64,000 nt of DNA from Eledone cirrhosa (lineage: Eukaryota): positions 185,256,001 to 185,320,000 of the forward strand of contig OZ024743.1 of the NCBI GenBank assembly GCA_964016885.1. The letters are read 5' to 3'. Positions 60,536 through 64,000 of the stretch are shown here, piece after piece; the stretch's first letter is position 1; each line of letters starts with the position of its first letter. The position numbers were made by a program, and so were the translations under genes. Below the pieces are notes generated by a model that saw nothing but the letters and a program-made list of their open reading frames with translations, was not told where the DNA came from and searched no databases.

Positions 60536-61084
60536 ATGGTTAGATTTTATGGGTAAAGCCAAGAGGCAGGATACCCAGAGGTAAACGATGAGCATGACGG
60601 CTGGATAACATCCATGGGGATCCAACTGGATCAATAAGAGACTGTTACTTCTAATAGGATCCTCTGGGAGGTGTGTGAAGACTCTACCTCCATGACTGTT
60701 CCGGGAAGAGAAATATTTTTTCAGGGCATTTACAACATTAGCAAACACTGAACTGTGAAATCCCAGTGTCTGTCTAATAGAATGAGGTAAATAAGTTTAT
60801 GTATCCTGTCTAAGAGTATATCAGGCTGTTATTATATGAACAGTAGTGTAGCACCTTAATCTTATAGTAACTATCCTCCTCATTCACTTTTCTCTGATAT
60901 ATGATCATCTTTGTCATTTTATGGTCATTTTACCAGGATGGCACAAGTTGGATGGATTGTTACAAACCAAGTCAGTACCTTATCAGAGCTACTGTCCTCA
61001 CAGATGAGCCAGGAGCCATGTCTCACATATATGTTCCAGTTTTGGCATGCCCTTTCAAATATCAATCATTTTATAGAATATCCT

Positions 61085-61362
61085 GTGTGTATGCTTCCCG
61101 AGATCCGCCAACACTACAGCTAACATATACACACATGTACTTCCCTGACATTTGTGAATTATTCTATGTACTATACATACACCTTTGACGAGTTGTAGTG
61201 CACCTGGGCACTTTACACAATAATTTCATTATTATGTGTATATCATGACTCATGCACTGTTCATTTTCCTGATGTTTGTACATTACCCTATGTACTATAC
61301 ATACACTTTTTGATGAGTTGTAGTGCACCTGAGCACTGTACACAATATTTCATTATTATTAT
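61085..61362 (+). mobile_element. CR1-like LINE 3' end with duplicated terminus
   Basis: GAGTTGTAGTGCACCTG.GCACT.TACACAAT..TTTCATTATT twice; reverse match to 63745-63860. Confidence 0.65.
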
Positions 61363-62986
61363 ATATGGTACTAGCCTAAGTTTGGCATGGTTTCTGTTGT
61401 TTCATGTCCTTTCTAACACCAGCCACTTTAGATATTATACTGGGTGTGTTTTAGTGTGGTACCAACACTAGAGAGGTTGTCATATCAGTGATGAGATTGA
61501 AGAGTCCTTTCAGCTTTTGGTGACATGGTGTCAATGGTTGGATGCCCTTTGAAACACCAGCGGCTGGGTGCATTCCATTATAGTATAGCATTATAAAGGT
61601 TGTCAGATTGCTGGCTGAAGAGCCCTCCCTACCCTATGTTGTTACTAGTTGAATGTCAACCACCTAGAGCATTTTATAGTGGCACCAACACTAAGGAGAG
61701 TGCCTTGTTTTAAGGCAAACATGTTTGAGAGTGAAAATAGAAAATGGGTGGTGGTAAGATGGAACAAAAATGTATGATGAATGTGATATATGTATATATT
61801 TATTTATATATAGTTGTCGTTGTACAATTAACTTCTACCATAAGCTGTAAACTTTGAAATAGTACAATTCTTTTAATTAAGATTTTTCACAGCCTTCTTG
61901 TAACTAATATTTCTTTAGTGTACTGGTGGATATGAGTGAATTAAATGTTAAAATAGAATAATCTCACTGAATCTTGGTATATAGGAAATTTCAAGTTCAT
62001 GTGAATTTTTCTGTAATAATGAGATGATATGCTGCTGGTTGTCTCAGCTCCTGACATCCATATATTCAACAGAATCCAATCGGTTCCCATCATAAGAATC
62101 TATCACTAACTGAGAAGGCAAACAGAAAAGCTCCTACACATTTTCTCTTTGGTTCACAATATGATTCTATAAAGTCACTAAATTTTGTAATAATATAAAA
62201 TTATATATTTTATTTTTTTGCACTGAGAATATCAAAAGTATATAGCCAGCTCTGTTCTTCTAAAACACAAATGTTGTTCATTAGCTTAAGTATATTAAAC
62301 AAAATAAAAAAACACAAAAGACTGCAGTATTTATAATGCATTTTTCTTTTCTACTTTTCCATTTTTTGGGTGTTATTTTTTAGAAAGCATGGCTCACTTG
62401 GTATTATTTGTTTCCTTCCCAGACATTAGAGAAAAATATATCTAAATATAAAAATTTGGCCCTATATACAAATCAAGATATTTTGGTGTGTATTTTTGAG
62501 TGTATATATTTTTTCTGAATGGACCTGTTAACCTGACAATAAAAAATCAACCACCATTTCTGACTATCAATCAACTGAGATTGGGTTCTAAAATAGCTAA
62601 CTAAAGTCAGGTGTTGTACATATGTAATAGGATTAATAAAAGAATGTGTTCTGTTGATCATATATAATTTCATACATGTACAACAAAATTAGTTTAAGCA
62701 TATGTGTTCTGTTGTATCACATAATTTCACAGAATGTATTTTAAAAAAAGTAATAATCCTACAATATTTTCATAGTTAGCTAATTTTCTGTGTGTTTTTT
62801 TTTCTCATAGTTTTTACATATAGGAGATATAGTAGAGATTTTATAAAAATAGCTATATATTTTTGAAGCAATTCAATGACTTGGCACATGCAGTTTGGAA
62901 TGATACTTGCTGGCCCTTATAGTTATCAAAGTTTTGATTAATATGAAATTGGAATCTTGGCTGATGTACAGCATTTGTATGACAAA

Positions 62987-63091
62987 TCAAAGGTCTTCAT
63001 CTCCTATTTCTTCAAATGCATTATTTTCCAACACACTTTGGATATTTTGGCCATCTCGTGAAGCCTTGAATGAAACATTTGCAAATTTGTC
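62987..63091 (-). CDS. SNX17: Last coding exon of sorting nexin 17; rest of gene lies beyond the window
   Basis: CTTTCAG acceptor then DKFANVSFKASRDGQNIQSVLENNAFEEIGDEDL*; C-terminus matches the SNX17 Retriever-binding tail (human ...NFAFEGIGDEDL, recalled). Confidence 0.85.
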   Translation of the reverse strand, partial: DKFANVSFKASRDGQNIQSVLENNAFEEIGDEDL

Positions 63092-63744
63092 CTGAAAGAG
63101 ATTAAAAAAAAGATAATCAAAAGTTTTAGGAACAGTAAGAAATAATTAATAAGAGTGTGCATAATTTCTAATATCTCACTATATCATTATGGAAAACCAG
63201 AGTAGCAACTTATTATATAGACATTGATTGGCTGATGAGAGCAGGATAGGTCTAAAAAGGGACATGTCTCATAAAGCTGAACTGATAAGGCAAAGGAAAA
63301 ACATAGGGAGAAATAGGGAGGCCATTTGAGGATTTCAAACCTTACAGACAACATGACATAACATTAAAAGACACCTGCAAATGTGCCCAACTCATATTAG
63401 AAAGGGAATATAAATGTGAAAACACTAATGGTGTTGGTAACTGGAGTCCAAAGTAACTTCTCTATTCTTATTCTATCATCACATAAATTACTGATATCTA
63501 GAATATACTAGCAAATTGTTACTTACAGTGAGTCACCTACAATAATTTGTAGATGCAGGCCCCAGCCCATCCATGAGGTCAGTAGCTCCACTTGAGTACC
63601 GACCTGGTCTTGCGATGACTAATCTAACCCTTGCTGATGAATTTGAAATGAAGTTTTGTAATTATTTTTTAATGTTAATTAATCACAGTTTCCCTTTTAC
63701 TGATACAATAAAGTATTCAGTCTTCAATATATAATAATGATATA

Positions 63745-64000
63745 ATAATAATGAAATTATTGTGTACAGTGCTCAGGTGCACTACAACTCATCAAAGGTG
63801 CATGTATATTACATAGAACAATGTACAAATGGAAAATGTACGAGTCATGAAATACATATGCGCGTGTGTATGGAGGAGGGATATCACGTATAGTGTTGGT
63901 GAATCTCAGGAAGCATGGAGGTTTTAAAGGATGCAGTGTCTCAACAGCTAACAACTGATGCAGGTAGTTTGATCCATGCTTCAGCAACTCTGAGCGTGAA
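63745..64000 (-). mobile_element. CR1-like LINE 3' end in the last SNX17 intron
   Basis: FTLRVAEAWIKLPASVVSC*DTASFK ORF2 C-terminus, 3'UTR and (ATT)n tail. Confidence 0.75.

Overview
AT-rich, repeat-dense eukaryotic genomic DNA. The SINE/LINE families and microsatellites look molluscan, most likely octopod cephalopod (inference). Host genes: (1) a complete 7-exon RPL13A (uL13, 203 aa) on the minus strand, 33656-47292, which the ORF track misses; it has a 5'TOP start; (2) a single-exon-CDS SF3A1 (801 aa, plus strand, 47540-49945), head-to-head with RPL13A across a ~230 bp ETS/YY1/CRE-type bidirectional promoter; (3) the last coding exon of SNX17 (minus, ends ...NNAFEEIGDEDL*). RPL13A introns carry locally amplified C/D snoRNAs: three intact plus one decayed SNORD33/U33-like copy in intron 4, three intact plus one decayed SNORD34/U34-like copy in intron 5, and an orphan candidate in intron 3. 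Several snoRNAs per intron predicts sno-lncRNA-type products. One U34 copy lies inside a TTAA/TIR-bounded piggyBac derivative, and one U33 copy has a changed base at the +5 methylation position. The rest is transposon-derived: hAT inside hAT inside an RTE LINE, Helitron inside piggyBac, young RTE LINEs with a PHD finger inserted in the RT, CRE and CR1 fragments, SINEs, MITEs, an LTR remnant, and Penelope-type foldbacks with minimal hammerhead ribozymes. All calls were made by eye; family names and rRNA targets come from recalled motifs, not database searches.
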